Virus record (IMG/VR): IMGVR_UViG_3300014204_000169
Location: 1-64,000 of that record
DNA: 64,000 bases
Strand: one strand, 5' to 3'
From: a virus
Taxonomy: Duplodnaviria; Caudoviricetes
Below, one piece after another: positions 36,996-46,096 of the stretch (its first letter is position 1; the number at the start of each line of letters is the position of its first letter). Both the position numbers and the translations under genes were made by a program. The notes under the pieces are model-generated. The model did no database searches. It was not told where the DNA came from and saw only the letters and a program-made list of their open reading frames with translations.

Positions 36996-38181
36996 ATCCC
37001 AACTCTTTCATCTGTAGAAGGGCTAAACGCCTTTCCAAAATTGAATCAACACCACAGTAAATTAATAAATCTCTTTTACCTTTTTCTGTTTTAATAAGTG
37101 TTTCTATTTGATTAACAGCATTCCCATTTTTATTATCTTTAGCTTTAAGAAATGGGGCAATATGGCTGTTGTAGTCCGTTATCCCAAATTTTACAAAACT
37201 ACTAAATTTTAATCCTGTAATACCTCTACGATTATCCAGAACATGAGTAGCCAACATGGTATCCCATATCCATTTCCTAACCGTTGTCTTTAGTATATTT
37301 TTTGCCCAATTAGTTTCATACTTCAGATTAGCTGCTATTTTTTCTATATCAGATTTAAGAAAATCTTTTACATTTTGTAATTGCTGCCCTTTAGTGGGCA
37401 TCATAAATGAATATGCTTTGTCATTTGCTGCACTAACACTCATACATATTATTTTATGAATTTTAGTATTATTGGGTTTTAAGCCCGTTGCCTCTACGTC
37501 CCAGGCTACCGGACCTTTCAAGTCTTTCAAGAACGAAGTATCCTCAACAATCTCTACTTGTGTTGCTTCATCTACAAATACAGGAAACTTTTTATCTAAA
37601 TGTTTTATTGCTTTAGCTAAATCTTGTTTTACTATAGTTTTTACTTCAACATCACTTTCATTTACAAAATCCAGATTATAGGTAGCCATCACCCAACATT
37701 TAGTATCCCTATCCGGTATTACAAATCCTCTTAGTTGATCTAGTGAAGGTGTTTTTTCATCATGCCATCTATGATCTATCAAACTTGAAACAGCACAAGA
37801 TCCGAATAGTAAAATAAGCTTTGGTTTTAGTTCATTAATAACTTGAAATACTTTGGTTCTACAACAAGCAATTTGTTTGCTTGTAGGGTCTTTTTTCTCT
37901 TCTGTACGGCACGCTACGGCGTTAATACAAGCACAATCAACCTCTAAGTCAATATCTAGGTTCTGGAGCAACCTACGCAGTAAATGACCTTTATCACCAG
38001 TAAAAGATTTCTTCTTATGATCATCTAATTCATCTGGAAAATCCCCTATGCAAAGTATCTTCTTTTGAAACTCTCCTGAAGGCTCAAGTTTAGGATTAGT
38101 GGAATTATGATAAAGTCCACAAGTAACACAAGAAAGGCGTTTACTAACTTTTTGGGGTTTTACTTCAAAGAAACCTTGCAT
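36985..38181 (-). CDS. UDG-like + 3'-5' exonuclease protein (N-terminal half of split family A polymerase)
   Basis: Family-4 UDG-like C..C.L, NAV.CR, C..KV; Exo I DVEATG, Exo II NLKYE, DTMLA, Exo III YCGVD. Confidence 0.8.
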   Translation of the reverse strand: MQGFFEVKPQKVSKRLSCVTCGLYHNSTNPKLEPSGEFQKKILCIGDFPDELDDHKKKSFTGDKGHLLRRLLQNLDIDLEVDCACINAVACRTEEKKDPTSKQIACCRTKVFQVINELKPKLILLFGSCAVSSLIDHRWHDEKTPSLDQLRGFVIPDRDTKCWVMATYNLDFVNESDVEVKTIVKQDLAKAIKHLDKKFPVFVDEATQVEIVEDTSFLKDLKGPVAWDVEATGLKPNNTKIHKIICMSVSAANDKAYSFMMPTKGQQLQNVKDFLKSDIEKIAANLKYETNWAKNILKTTVRKWIWDTMLATHVLDNRRGITGLKFSSFVKFGITDYNSHIAPFLKAKDNKNGNAVNQIETLIKTEKGKRDLLIYCGVDSILERRLALLQMKELGYER

Positions 38182-38399
38182 TATTTTATCTCAAGATTTA
38201 GTAACATAGTAAATTGAATTGTAGAATGTAATGTTAAGTCTTTATTAATAGAATATTCATAAGAGGTAATTTTACTTTGTTTAAATTTAATAAACCCATC
38301 CTCATATTTTCTTCCAAGTATAAGATATGTTGCTGTATTAAAATGATGAATATAAATTGGAATCCATTTAGATTTTTTCATGAATAATTTTTTGAACAT
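38181..38399 (-). CDS. Hypothetical protein
   Basis: Start lies within 25-bp repeat copy 1. Confidence 0.45.
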   Translation of the reverse strand: MFKKLFMKKSKWIPIYIHHFNTATYLILGRKYEDGFIKFKQSKITSYEYSINKDLTLHSTIQFTMLLNLEIK

Positions 38400-38401
38400 A
38401 T

Positions 38402-38593
38402 TTATGTCCTTCTCTTATATATCTCTTCGAGAACAATCATTTGATTGGATGAAAGTATTCCTTTTTTCTTGAATTGTTCTTCAAAAGAAATTAGTAAATT
38501 AATCTCACTAGCAGAAAGATTTGTTCCTTGTTCTGTTAGGCATTTTAATTGCCAATCGATAATAGTTTTAGCATCAGCAGTTTTGTATTGCAT
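38402..38593 (-). CDS. Hypothetical protein
   Basis: Inside the repeat-flanked cassette. Confidence 0.5.
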   Translation of the reverse strand: MQYKTADAKTIIDWQLKCLTEQGTNLSASEINLLISFEEQFKKKGILSSNQMIVLEEIYKRRT

Positions 38594-38766
38594 TAAATTA
38601 AACCTATAAATTTAATATTTATAATAATCCCATTAACTATTGCTATATCAATAAGATCTTTCCAAGCATTTATATGTGACTTAGCTTTAACAACAAAAGA
38701 TCTTTTATCCCCATCATGATTTTCTGCATTTGAAATAAAAGTAACTTCAAAATGAAACCTAAACAT
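38593..38766 (-). CDS. Hypothetical protein (57 aa)
   Basis: Hand translation MFRFHFEVTFIS...; start in repeat copy 2; TAATG overlap downstream. Confidence 0.45.
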   Translation of the reverse strand: MFRFHFEVTFISNAENHDGDKRSFVVKAKSHINAWKDLIDIAIVNGIIINIKFIGLI

Positions 38767-38788
38767 ATTTATGTCCTTCTCTTATAAT

Positions 38789-39154
38789 TCAATCCCACCA
38801 AGCTAAACTTCTTTTAGCTAAAATATGATGTAAATATTTAATATCTTAATTCTTCATATATACAGAATAATGATATGTAGTTTTAGTATTCCATTTAGTA
38901 AAATAATTACGTTTCCATGGGCCTATTTTTGGAGTATCATCATAATTATCAAGTAACACTCGATCACATAAATAAATACACTGTTTAATATATTTTAATT
39001 CATTTGTATTTGTTTCGATTTCAGAAAATCTTTTATATATATTTTGTAATTTAAATTTAATAATTATATAAAAATAAAAACAATCCCAGTCAAAATCATT
39101 CCAAATAACAGGGAACCATCGAATTAAATTTTTAATTTGTTTAATAAATCTCAT
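38789..39154 (-). pseudogene. Hypothetical gene with internal in-frame TAA (38846-38848)
   Basis: Reads ...YMKN*DIKYLHHILAKRSLAWWD*; the frame continues to a typical WWD terminus. Confidence 0.5.
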
Positions 39155-39156
39155 AA

Positions 39157-40158
39157 TTATTTCTCCGAATAAAGAGCAACTACATGCTCCCAATTTTCAC
39201 CAGTGAACTTCAAAGCACAATTAGTAATTTCACACTCTTTTGTTTGAGCAAGAATTAATTTCATTAGATTTGGGTTTATTGCAAAACTAATAGGATTGCC
39301 GGAATAAGCAATCTTTGCAGATTCCTCTAGCCACCCTATTTCTGATTCTGATCTTATTTGTAATTTCTTCTCTTCTATTTTAATTACTATTTTTTGTTCA
39401 TCAGCATCTTTTCCACATAATATAGAAGCTCTATCAATTAGATTAGGCATCCTATCAGGAAAGGTTATTTTAATTCCTGATTGTGATAGAAATCCATCAA
39501 CATTTGGAAATGTGTCTTCAAAGGTTCGACAAGAATATATAGTGCCAACATCAGATTTAAAAAAGATCCAGTTTTGAGACTCAGCAATAAACTTAATGTT
39601 TTGTTTACTAATAATTTTAGCAGAAGACATTGGAAGAAGAAATGATTTAACTGGTAAATTACTAATTGTGTATCTAGTGATCCTTAATGTATCTGATGCA
39701 ATGACTGCCCCATCGTCTTTTACGTAGACACAAGAAAGAACTGGTCTAGTCATATCTCTTACACAGCATGGGATAGCAAATGAAAGAGCTTCACAAAAGT
39801 TAATTGGTGCTTCTTTCCATTTACTATGTTTACTAATTTGATCTAATGGCATTAATATTTCATTAGTAAAAGTAAGTCCAGATTTTAGTTTACCTGAACT
39901 TAATAAAAGTTGATTTTCTGTAGCTGATATTTCAAATTCATCTTTTTTTATTTTACTAATAAGTTTATAAAAAGCATTGGCCTCAATAGCTCCCACAATA
40001 TTAAATTCAGGTATAGGGTGCTTGATAGCTAGTTCATCATTAAAAGTCACTAAATATTTTCCAGTAAAAGCAAACATATTAGTTCCAGCAATACTATCAT
40101 TTCTTGCTAAAGCAGGTTTTACTAAATCTAATGCAGATAAAAGTTCAGTCCTCTTCAT
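39157..40158 (-). CDS. dnaN: DNA polymerase sliding clamp (beta/DnaN-like)
   Basis: 333 aa; three-domain clamp pattern, RPVLSCVY, ASD.LR, FPNV..F, INP..M..IL. Confidence 0.75.
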   Translation of the reverse strand: MKRTELLSALDLVKPALARNDSIAGTNMFAFTGKYLVTFNDELAIKHPIPEFNIVGAIEANAFYKLISKIKKDEFEISATENQLLLSSGKLKSGLTFTNEILMPLDQISKHSKWKEAPINFCEALSFAIPCCVRDMTRPVLSCVYVKDDGAVIASDTLRITRYTISNLPVKSFLLPMSSAKIISKQNIKFIAESQNWIFFKSDVGTIYSCRTFEDTFPNVDGFLSQSGIKITFPDRMPNLIDRASILCGKDADEQKIVIKIEEKKLQIRSESEIGWLEESAKIAYSGNPISFAINPNLMKLILAQTKECEITNCALKFTGENWEHVVALYSEK

Positions 40159-40478
40159 AAATCCCTATCTTCATATGAATAAAGTTTTCCTTTATAAATA
40201 AACAAAGTCTCAAATGCATGTCCTGTACCAAAATCAGTATAGTAATTTCCTTGATCCCTCCAAGCTACTTCTGTATGCAAATCATAATGGGTTTTTATTA
40301 AATCTTCTTCATGCCATCTATTTAGTAATAATAAAATAGTTGCATAAACAGCATATTTTTTATCTACAATATAATAATGATTTTCTTCTTCAAACTGAGC
40401 AATTTGATGTGTCCAAATATGATTAAACCAAGATTTATTATCTTCCCCACGAATAAACATCTCTATTAATTTAAGCAT
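40155..40478 (-). CDS. Hypothetical protein
   Basis: Co-oriented. Confidence 0.45.
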   Translation of the reverse strand: MLKLIEMFIRGEDNKSWFNHIWTHQIAQFEEENHYYIVDKKYAVYATILLLLNRWHEEDLIKTHYDLHTEVAWRDQGNYYTDFGTGHAFETLFIYKGKLYSYEDRDL

Positions 40479-40509
40479 TTTTATACCTAAGTAAAGGAAG
40501 GATACTTTA

Positions 40510-40533
40510 GGGGCTAGAAGTCTAGCCCCTTTT
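40510..40533. terminator. GC hairpin 3' of the acidic-protein gene; T-tract only on + strand
   Basis: GGGGCTAG-aagt-CTAGCCCC-TTTT. Confidence 0.5.
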
Positions 40534-40544
40534 ACTAAACTAAA

Positions 40545-41357
40545 TTACGCAACTTTAGGAGTACGCAACAGCTTCATAGCTTTGAGTGTACGGAGAACAC
40601 CCATAACCGTTGCACGTTGAACTAGAACAGTTCCAAGAGCAACTTGATAGCCTTCTTGTTCCATCTTCTTCACAAGAGCAGCAGCAGTAATCTCTTGATT
40701 CTCACAAATCAATTCACGAATTCGTACTGTACTTTTAGGCTTACCTGTTTTTTCTACTTTCTTCTCAACAGGCTTTGCCTTCTCTACAACCTTTTCAACC
40801 TTTGCAGGTTTTACTTCTTTTTCTACTTTAGCATTACGTGTATTTTTGTTCATTTCTTTTATGACAACTTTTTCTTCCTTAACAGGCTTTACTACTTTTG
40901 AAGCTTTCTTTGATTTAGCTGGCATTTCATCTTCCTCTTCTTCCTCTTCGGTTTCTACAACCTTTTTAGAAGCCTTTCCTTTCTTAACTGGCTCATCTTC
41001 CTCTTCTTCTTCCTCATCTTCAAAAGGAAGTTCATCTTGTTCCGGTTCGTCTTCTTCCTCTTCCTCTTCTTCGTCCTCTTCTTCTACTTCATCCTCTTCT
41101 TCCTCTTCCTCTTCATTATCATCAGGATCTTTCTTGTATGCAGCTTCAACATCAAACCCTAATGTAGTAAGTGTAGCTACTACAGGTTTACTAATTTTAC
41201 CTTTATCATCCTTACAAATCAATTCAGCAGCTTCAAGAATCTCTGCTTTTAGTGGAGCATCTTTTGCATCCACATTAATTTCTCCTTCTCCTTGAAAAAG
41301 GAGAGTATTCAATTCCTTTGCTGCCTTTACCATATCTTTACGTTCAAGTTTAGCCAT
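40545..41357 (-). CDS. Acidic/basic low-complexity protein with possible C-terminal winged helix
   Basis: ~45-aa E/D tract, K/V/E-rich tract, RIRELI..N.EIT..ALV..M...G. Confidence 0.65.
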   Translation of the reverse strand: MAKLERKDMVKAAKELNTLLFQGEGEINVDAKDAPLKAEILEAAELICKDDKGKISKPVVATLTTLGFDVEAAYKKDPDDNEEEEEEEDEVEEEDEEEEEEEDEPEQDELPFEDEEEEEEDEPVKKGKASKKVVETEEEEEEDEMPAKSKKASKVVKPVKEEKVVIKEMNKNTRNAKVEKEVKPAKVEKVVEKAKPVEKKVEKTGKPKSTVRIRELICENQEITAAALVKKMEQEGYQVALGTVLVQRATVMGVLRTLKAMKLLRTPKVA

Positions 41358-41399
41358 AAAATCATTTTCCTCTTTAATTTAGTAAGTCTAAAGTTTTTC

Positions 41400-41443
41400 A
41401 GTCTCAGGGGTTGTTCATCGGCCCGAACAATTTCCCTGAGACT
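41400..41443 (-). promoter_or_regulatory. 5'-leader stem-loop
   Basis: AGTCTCAGGG/CCCTGAGACT (10 bp) plus TTGTTC/GAACAA (6 bp). Confidence 0.6.
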
Positions 41444-41484
41444 TTATGCATTGGTGTTTTTGCACTCATGATCAAACACATAAT

Positions 41485-41514
41485 ACTATATCAGAATGGT
41501 TTAATAATTTTCAA
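41485..41514 (-). promoter_or_regulatory. Sigma70-like promoter
   Basis: TTGAAA-18-TATAGT on minus strand. Confidence 0.5.
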
Positions 41515-41531
41515 GGTAATTTAGTATATTT

Positions 41532-42023
41532 TTACTTGAAAAATTCTTCTAAACTTAATTTTCTTTTATATTGCCTTGTCTTGATTCCTGCTTTTATAAA
41601 TAAAAGCTTTGCAGCATCAAATATAGACCCACCTCTATCTTCTTCAAAAATAACTTCTATGATTCCTGTTTGAATAATTGTCTTAGCACATTCATTGCAA
41701 GGATGAAGAGTGCAATAAATTTTACAACCAGTTACAGACATACTTGCATTATAAATTGCGTTCTCTTCGGCATGGACCACGTAAAAATATTTTGTATTCA
41801 TTAAATCTACAGCATCTCTATCCCAAGGAAATTCCCAAGCTTCAATACCTCTAGGCCAACCATTGTATCCTGTCCCAATTACTACATTTTTATCATTTAC
41901 TACAACACCACCATTTTGTGTAGATGGATCTTTAGATCTTTTACTAACTAAAACTGCCATCCACATAAAAGATTCATCCCATGAAGGTGTGTTTTGTCTA
42001 AAACCATCATAAATAATATTCAT
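41532..42023 (-). CDS. dCMP deaminase (ComEB-like)
   Basis: RSKDPSTQ.G, GYNG, VHAEENAI, PC.EC. Confidence 0.9.
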   Translation of the reverse strand: MNIIYDGFRQNTPSWDESFMWMAVLVSKRSKDPSTQNGGVVVNDKNVVIGTGYNGWPRGIEAWEFPWDRDAVDLMNTKYFYVVHAEENAIYNASMSVTGCKIYCTLHPCNECAKTIIQTGIIEVIFEEDRGGSIFDAAKLLFIKAGIKTRQYKRKLSLEEFFK

Positions 42024-42025
42024 AA

Positions 42026-42346
42026 TTAATCCTCTGGTTCCCATATTGGGCCTGCCCAATATAATTCATCAACAGAACAATTACCTGTTATTTCATCAGA
42101 ATGTTTATCTAGCTTCATAATATAGGGCATACCAATATCACTATCCCCATGACGAATCCAACACCAACCAAGTGTTTTAGGAATTCCTTGTTGCCATTTT
42201 AATTTATTAATTAATTTTGGTCTATATTTTTCAACACCATATTTTCTACCTTCAGGGTACTTACAAGCTTCCTGAGTGCAAGCACATCTTTCTTCCATTT
42301 TACATTCACCACAAAATAATGGTTCTGGTTTAAATTCATTATCCAT
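42026..42346 (-). CDS. Hypothetical protein
   Basis: Cys cluster; P.T.GW.W...WAGPI.EP. Confidence 0.5.
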   Translation of the reverse strand: MDNEFKPEPLFCGECKMEERCACTQEACKYPEGRKYGVEKYRPKLINKLKWQQGIPKTLGWCWIRHGDSDIGMPYIMKLDKHSDEITGNCSVDELYWAGPIWEPED

Positions 42347-42355
42347 AATTATCCT

Positions 42356-43894
42356 TTACTTCAAAAAGCTGCCTAAAATTGGTGTTCCTTGTTGTATACT
42401 TTGTAATATTGTTACAGGACGATTTTTATCCCCTTCCCCTTCTCTAACAGCTACTAAATTTAATCTCATAAGACCTGTAGCCTTCTCTTTATCATTTTGA
42501 TTCATCCCGATAAAAGCCGAAACATGAGCCATTTTAGTTTTTGACTCAGAAAAATTACTCATATCAAGTAACTCTTTCCCATAACTATCAGCATCAGCTT
42601 GGGAAGCAGTTAATACAATGATATGTCTATCTTGACTAAGCTTTCTTAATCGTTGCCATTTCTTGTTTTCCTGGTGCCTAAAATCCATTCGTAGGCAATC
42701 TGCATCAGGAGCCATGATATCACTGTAATCTATTACGCAAAGGTCACAAACAAACATTTCACTACGTTCCCAATTATCTAAAACAGTACAAATCTCTTTA
42801 GTTGTTAATGTTTCATTTGAATATGTTGCTAACTTAAATTTTTTACTAAACTTTTTCTTAAACTTTTTTACTAATCTATAAGCTTCAGATTTAGTAAGAG
42901 GATCTACAGCAGCTTTTATTTTATACCAATTTGTCGGACTTCTCTTTTTACAATATTCATTTCTACAAGTTTTATAGTTTGGATTGTCTTTAATAATTTC
43001 CAAAATCTTTGTCTTATCTAAATCTTCAAATTGCCCACCAATATATAAACCAACAGTTCCTTCTCTATCAAGTTCATTGCAAGAGTCAGTTTGATTATTA
43101 ATACAATCAATAACCGGAATTAATAATTCCCCACAATATTTTTCATCATAAGATTTTCTAGCTATCCTGGTACAGATTCTTTTTACTTGTGAATTTTCCC
43201 CCATATCTCCAGCTTGGAAATATGCAACATTAAGATTCTCCATTAATCCTCTCAAGGCAATTTCAAGAAGAATCCAGCTTTTACCGATTTTCTCTCTACC
43301 AAGTAAAGATATAAATGATTCCCTTACAAAATGACTATCTAACATTTGTCCTAAAGCTTTACCAAACTTTATTAATGGTTTTGCTTGATCAGAAAAAGCA
43401 TTATAGATTGCATCTTTAGTAAATGGATCAATACATTTGCTATCAAGTTCTTTTATTTTATTATATCCGATTGCAAGTTTCTCAGCTTCAGATACATTTT
43501 CAGAATCAAGTTCCCCTTCAATAGCTTTAACGTGATTAGTAAGATTCCTTATACTAAAATACTTTAATGTTTCATCCAATAAATAATCCACATTAAAAGA
43601 ATCACGATCATAATCACTTGAGAGATCGGATAGTATTTCTTCGATATCTGCTGCTTGATCATCCGAAATAGCTCCTTTCTTAATATGCGCCAAATACACA
43701 GATTGAATATTTTTATTAATTGCAGTGTTATACTGTTGAAAATAATCTAAACACCATCTTGCTATGGTTTTGGCAGTTGAAGATTGTAAAAGGTCATTAT
43801 TCCATATCGAGGCAATCCTCCTTAAAAAATCTTGACTGACCGCTAACCCTATGCAAATTCTGCGTTCTATAAACCCGAAATCATCTTTAGACAT
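42356..43894 (-). CDS. dnaB: DnaB-like replicative helicase (SF4) with Cys-rich insertion
   Basis: Walker A GREKIGKS, Walker B VIDYSD, TASQA, REG; N-terminal helical domain. Confidence 0.75.
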   Translation of the reverse strand: MSKDDFGFIERRICIGLAVSQDFLRRIASIWNNDLLQSSTAKTIARWCLDYFQQYNTAINKNIQSVYLAHIKKGAISDDQAADIEEILSDLSSDYDRDSFNVDYLLDETLKYFSIRNLTNHVKAIEGELDSENVSEAEKLAIGYNKIKELDSKCIDPFTKDAIYNAFSDQAKPLIKFGKALGQMLDSHFVRESFISLLGREKIGKSWILLEIALRGLMENLNVAYFQAGDMGENSQVKRICTRIARKSYDEKYCGELLIPVIDCINNQTDSCNELDREGTVGLYIGGQFEDLDKTKILEIIKDNPNYKTCRNEYCKKRSPTNWYKIKAAVDPLTKSEAYRLVKKFKKKFSKKFKLATYSNETLTTKEICTVLDNWERSEMFVCDLCVIDYSDIMAPDADCLRMDFRHQENKKWQRLRKLSQDRHIIVLTASQADADSYGKELLDMSNFSESKTKMAHVSAFIGMNQNDKEKATGLMRLNLVAVREGEGDKNRPVTILQSIQQGTPILGSFLK

Positions 43895-44144
43895 TAGGAA
43901 TACCATATTCAAAATTAATATCAGATTCAAGTTGTTTCACTTTTTCTATTAGTAAACAATTTTCCTTAAATTCATCTGCAAAAGCTTTTCTCATTTTCCT
44001 TAATCCAATATTAGTTTGCTCAAGTTGTTCTTTTAATAATTTAATTTCATTTTCTAATTTCTCAATATCATCCCCAATACAATCATGGCAGGAATTGCAC
44101 TCTTCACAAAAATTATTACTCCCACAATAGTTACATTTACTCAT
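43887..44144 (-). CDS. Zinc-finger + coiled-coil hypothetical protein
   Basis: CNYC..CEEC..CHDC followed by heptads. Confidence 0.45.
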   Translation of the reverse strand: MSKCNYCGSNNFCEECNSCHDCIGDDIEKLENEIKLLKEQLEQTNIGLRKMRKAFADEFKENCLLIEKVKQLESDINFEYGIPNV

Positions 44145-44571
44145 TTTCCTCCTTTACACAGACACAATATTTTTTTATATTAGTCAATTCCCAAATCCAG
44201 CGATATAAAACAGTTCGAGATAAATTCATTTCTTTACAAACTAAATAAACTGTTTTCCCTGTCTGAACCTCTTTTATAGCAGCTTCTTTTGATTTATTAA
44301 TTTCAATTTGACGTTCTGTTGGTTTGAATTGCCGAATACCACCACAAATTTTACATATGCGTGTATTATATCTTGTTTTATCCTTTTTTACTATAATTTT
44401 CGGTTCTTTTAATATTTGCTTATTAAGAACTTCTTCAGAAATATTATCATATTTACTAAGTCTGTTTATTGCTTCCATTAGATCCGATCTGACATCTTTA
44501 TTTATAGTAAAAATTAATGCTTGTTCAAAAGTTGCTTTTGTTTCTTGGGCCTCTTGCCTATATGAACTCAT
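44137..44571 (-). CDS. HTH-domain protein
   Basis: C-terminal GKTVYLVCKEMNLSRTVLYRW helix-turn-helix; CKIC. Confidence 0.55.
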   Translation of the reverse strand: MSSYRQEAQETKATFEQALIFTINKDVRSDLMEAINRLSKYDNISEEVLNKQILKEPKIIVKKDKTRYNTRICKICGGIRQFKPTERQIEINKSKEAAIKEVQTGKTVYLVCKEMNLSRTVLYRWIWELTNIKKYCVCVKEENE

Positions 44572-44584
44572 TTATTTCCTTTTA

Positions 44585-44863
44585 TTAAAATGGTGTATCC
44601 TCTTTTGTTGGTTGAAGTATTTTATTACAATGACTGCATAGTAATCTTAATTCTCCAGCTAGAAATTCTTTCTCATATCTTTTAATTCGTAAATGACTTG
44701 CTGTTAATCTTGGGGTTTTAGGCCAATGTCTTCCATATGGATGATGGGACTCTAATTTTTCTGTAGCCCCACAATTACTACATTTATTTCCCATATCTTC
44801 TTTTAGTTTAGTAAATCTACGTTCACACATTCTGCGAACTCTAACATTCCAAGGAAGACACAT
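44585..44863 (-). CDS. HNH-like endonuclease
   Basis: CSNCG...LESHH...LRLLC..CN. Confidence 0.55.
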   Translation of the reverse strand: MCLPWNVRVRRMCERRFTKLKEDMGNKCSNCGATEKLESHHPYGRHWPKTPRLTASHLRIKRYEKEFLAGELRLLCSHCNKILQPTKEDTPF

Positions 44864-44878
44864 GTTTAGTAATCCCTT

Positions 44879-46093
44879 TTAGTAATTATTTTGTTTTCCA
44901 GTTTGAAAATCATATACATGGTTCTTTTTAGTAAACTTAACAAAAAGATCGAATGTTTTACTATTTGGCTCAAAACTTCCAGGACCAATATCTGTGAAAT
45001 GAGCTTCATTAATAATCCAAGTAACATACAATTTTAGTAAGCTGAAAGGAGAATGGATTTGAGCAGGGGTTCTCAAATCTTTTCCTGGCAGTTTAAATCG
45101 ACTAGGAACGATTTTCTTTTGTTTTTCGACAAAATACTCGAATAGGTCAATTACTTTTGATTGTAGGGCATCTGAGAGGTCATGGTAGGCATATCTGAGA
45201 GGCCGCAAAACGTCTTTTTGGAAGTTTTCAGTAAGATCCCCACCATAACACTTACTAAATACAGAATTAATACGGGCGGAAATATCAGGTTTGGAATCAG
45301 GAGAATTGGATTTCTTCTTAATAAAAATATTTTCAGGGAAAACTCCAGGCCAATTACAGGTAATTGAATTGTCAATTGCTTGTAAACAGGAATCAACAGG
45401 AAATTTTTGCAATTTGGTTGCTAATCTTTTTATAGCATCATTAGTAAATGGGATTAGTTTACTATTTTTAGTACAGGATGTTCTTCTAAATTCATAAAAA
45501 TCTTCTATTGCTTTACAAAACTCAGAATCATTTTTATATTCAGAAGAAAACATGTCTTTGAATTCCTGAAAACTAAAAATTTTCTCTAATACATTATTTT
45601 GTTCTTTATTGTTTTTAGTCTTTATATTGTTTTTATTATTATGAGCTTGAAATTCTGAAGCTCCAGAGCTTGAAATTTTCGAGTTCTTGAGCTTGAAATT
45701 CTGAAGCTTTGGAAGAAGGTCAGTTTCTTCTGCTAATTGATCTGTATTTAGTATGTAATACTCTTTATACGGGAGTCCAACTTTCTTAATTTTTAGTAAA
45801 CCTGATTCAATTAATGTTTTCTTATATTTACGTATTGCATGATCTGATAAACCGACACACTCAGCTAATTGTTTTTCATGTGAAAAAAAGAAACCCCCAA
45901 ATTTCAATTTATTTATAGAATCATAATACCCTAATTTACTTACTAAAACAGAGATATATGCAGCAAGATTAAAACCATAAACTTGTATTAAGTTTTTATT
46001 TATCTGAAAAAAAGCATCTTTATTATATGCTGCAAGGATAACTTTTCTTGAGAATGATTCTTGTTCTGGTTTTTCAAGTTTAGTACGTTTCAT
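44879..46093 (-). CDS. Phage replication initiator (lambda O-like, N-terminal wHTH)
   Basis: QLAECVGLS...IRK.KK.LIESGLL; N/K-rich linker carrying iterons; W..F...R...K....A...L..C..AID.SI...W.G.F. Confidence 0.65.
   Translation of the reverse strand: MKRTKLEKPEQESFSRKVILAAYNKDAFFQINKNLIQVYGFNLAAYISVLVSKLGYYDSINKLKFGGFFFSHEKQLAECVGLSDHAIRKYKKTLIESGLLKIKKVGLPYKEYYILNTDQLAEETDLLPKLQNFKLKNSKISSSGASEFQAHNNKNNIKTKNNKEQNNVLEKIFSFQEFKDMFSSEYKNDSEFCKAIEDFYEFRRTSCTKNSKLIPFTNDAIKRLATKLQKFPVDSCLQAIDNSITCNWPGVFPENIFIKKKSNSPDSKPDISARINSVFSKCYGGDLTENFQKDVLRPLRYAYHDLSDALQSKVIDLFEYFVEKQKKIVPSRFKLPGKDLRTPAQIHSPFSLLKLYVTWIINEAHFTDIGPGSFEPNSKTFDLFVKFTKKNHVYDFQTGKQNNY
45643..45708. repeat. Three 20-bp iterons (putative origin of replication)
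   Basis: GAGCTTGAAATTCTGAAGCT at 45643 and 45689, GAGCTTGAAATTTTCGAGTT at 45666; 23-bp period; AT-rich tract at 45595-45642. Confidence 0.7.
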
Positions 46094-46096
46094 ATA

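Larger units (their letters stand above)
38395..38786. repeat. Pair of identical 25-bp direct repeats (38395-38419, 38762-38786)
   Basis: AACATATTTATGTCCTTCTCTTATA twice; the minus strand carries the GAAGGA RBS + ATG. Confidence 0.85.

Noticed and set aside
40846-41295. Ser-rich + strand ORF
   Set aside because: Antisense shadow of the E/D tract
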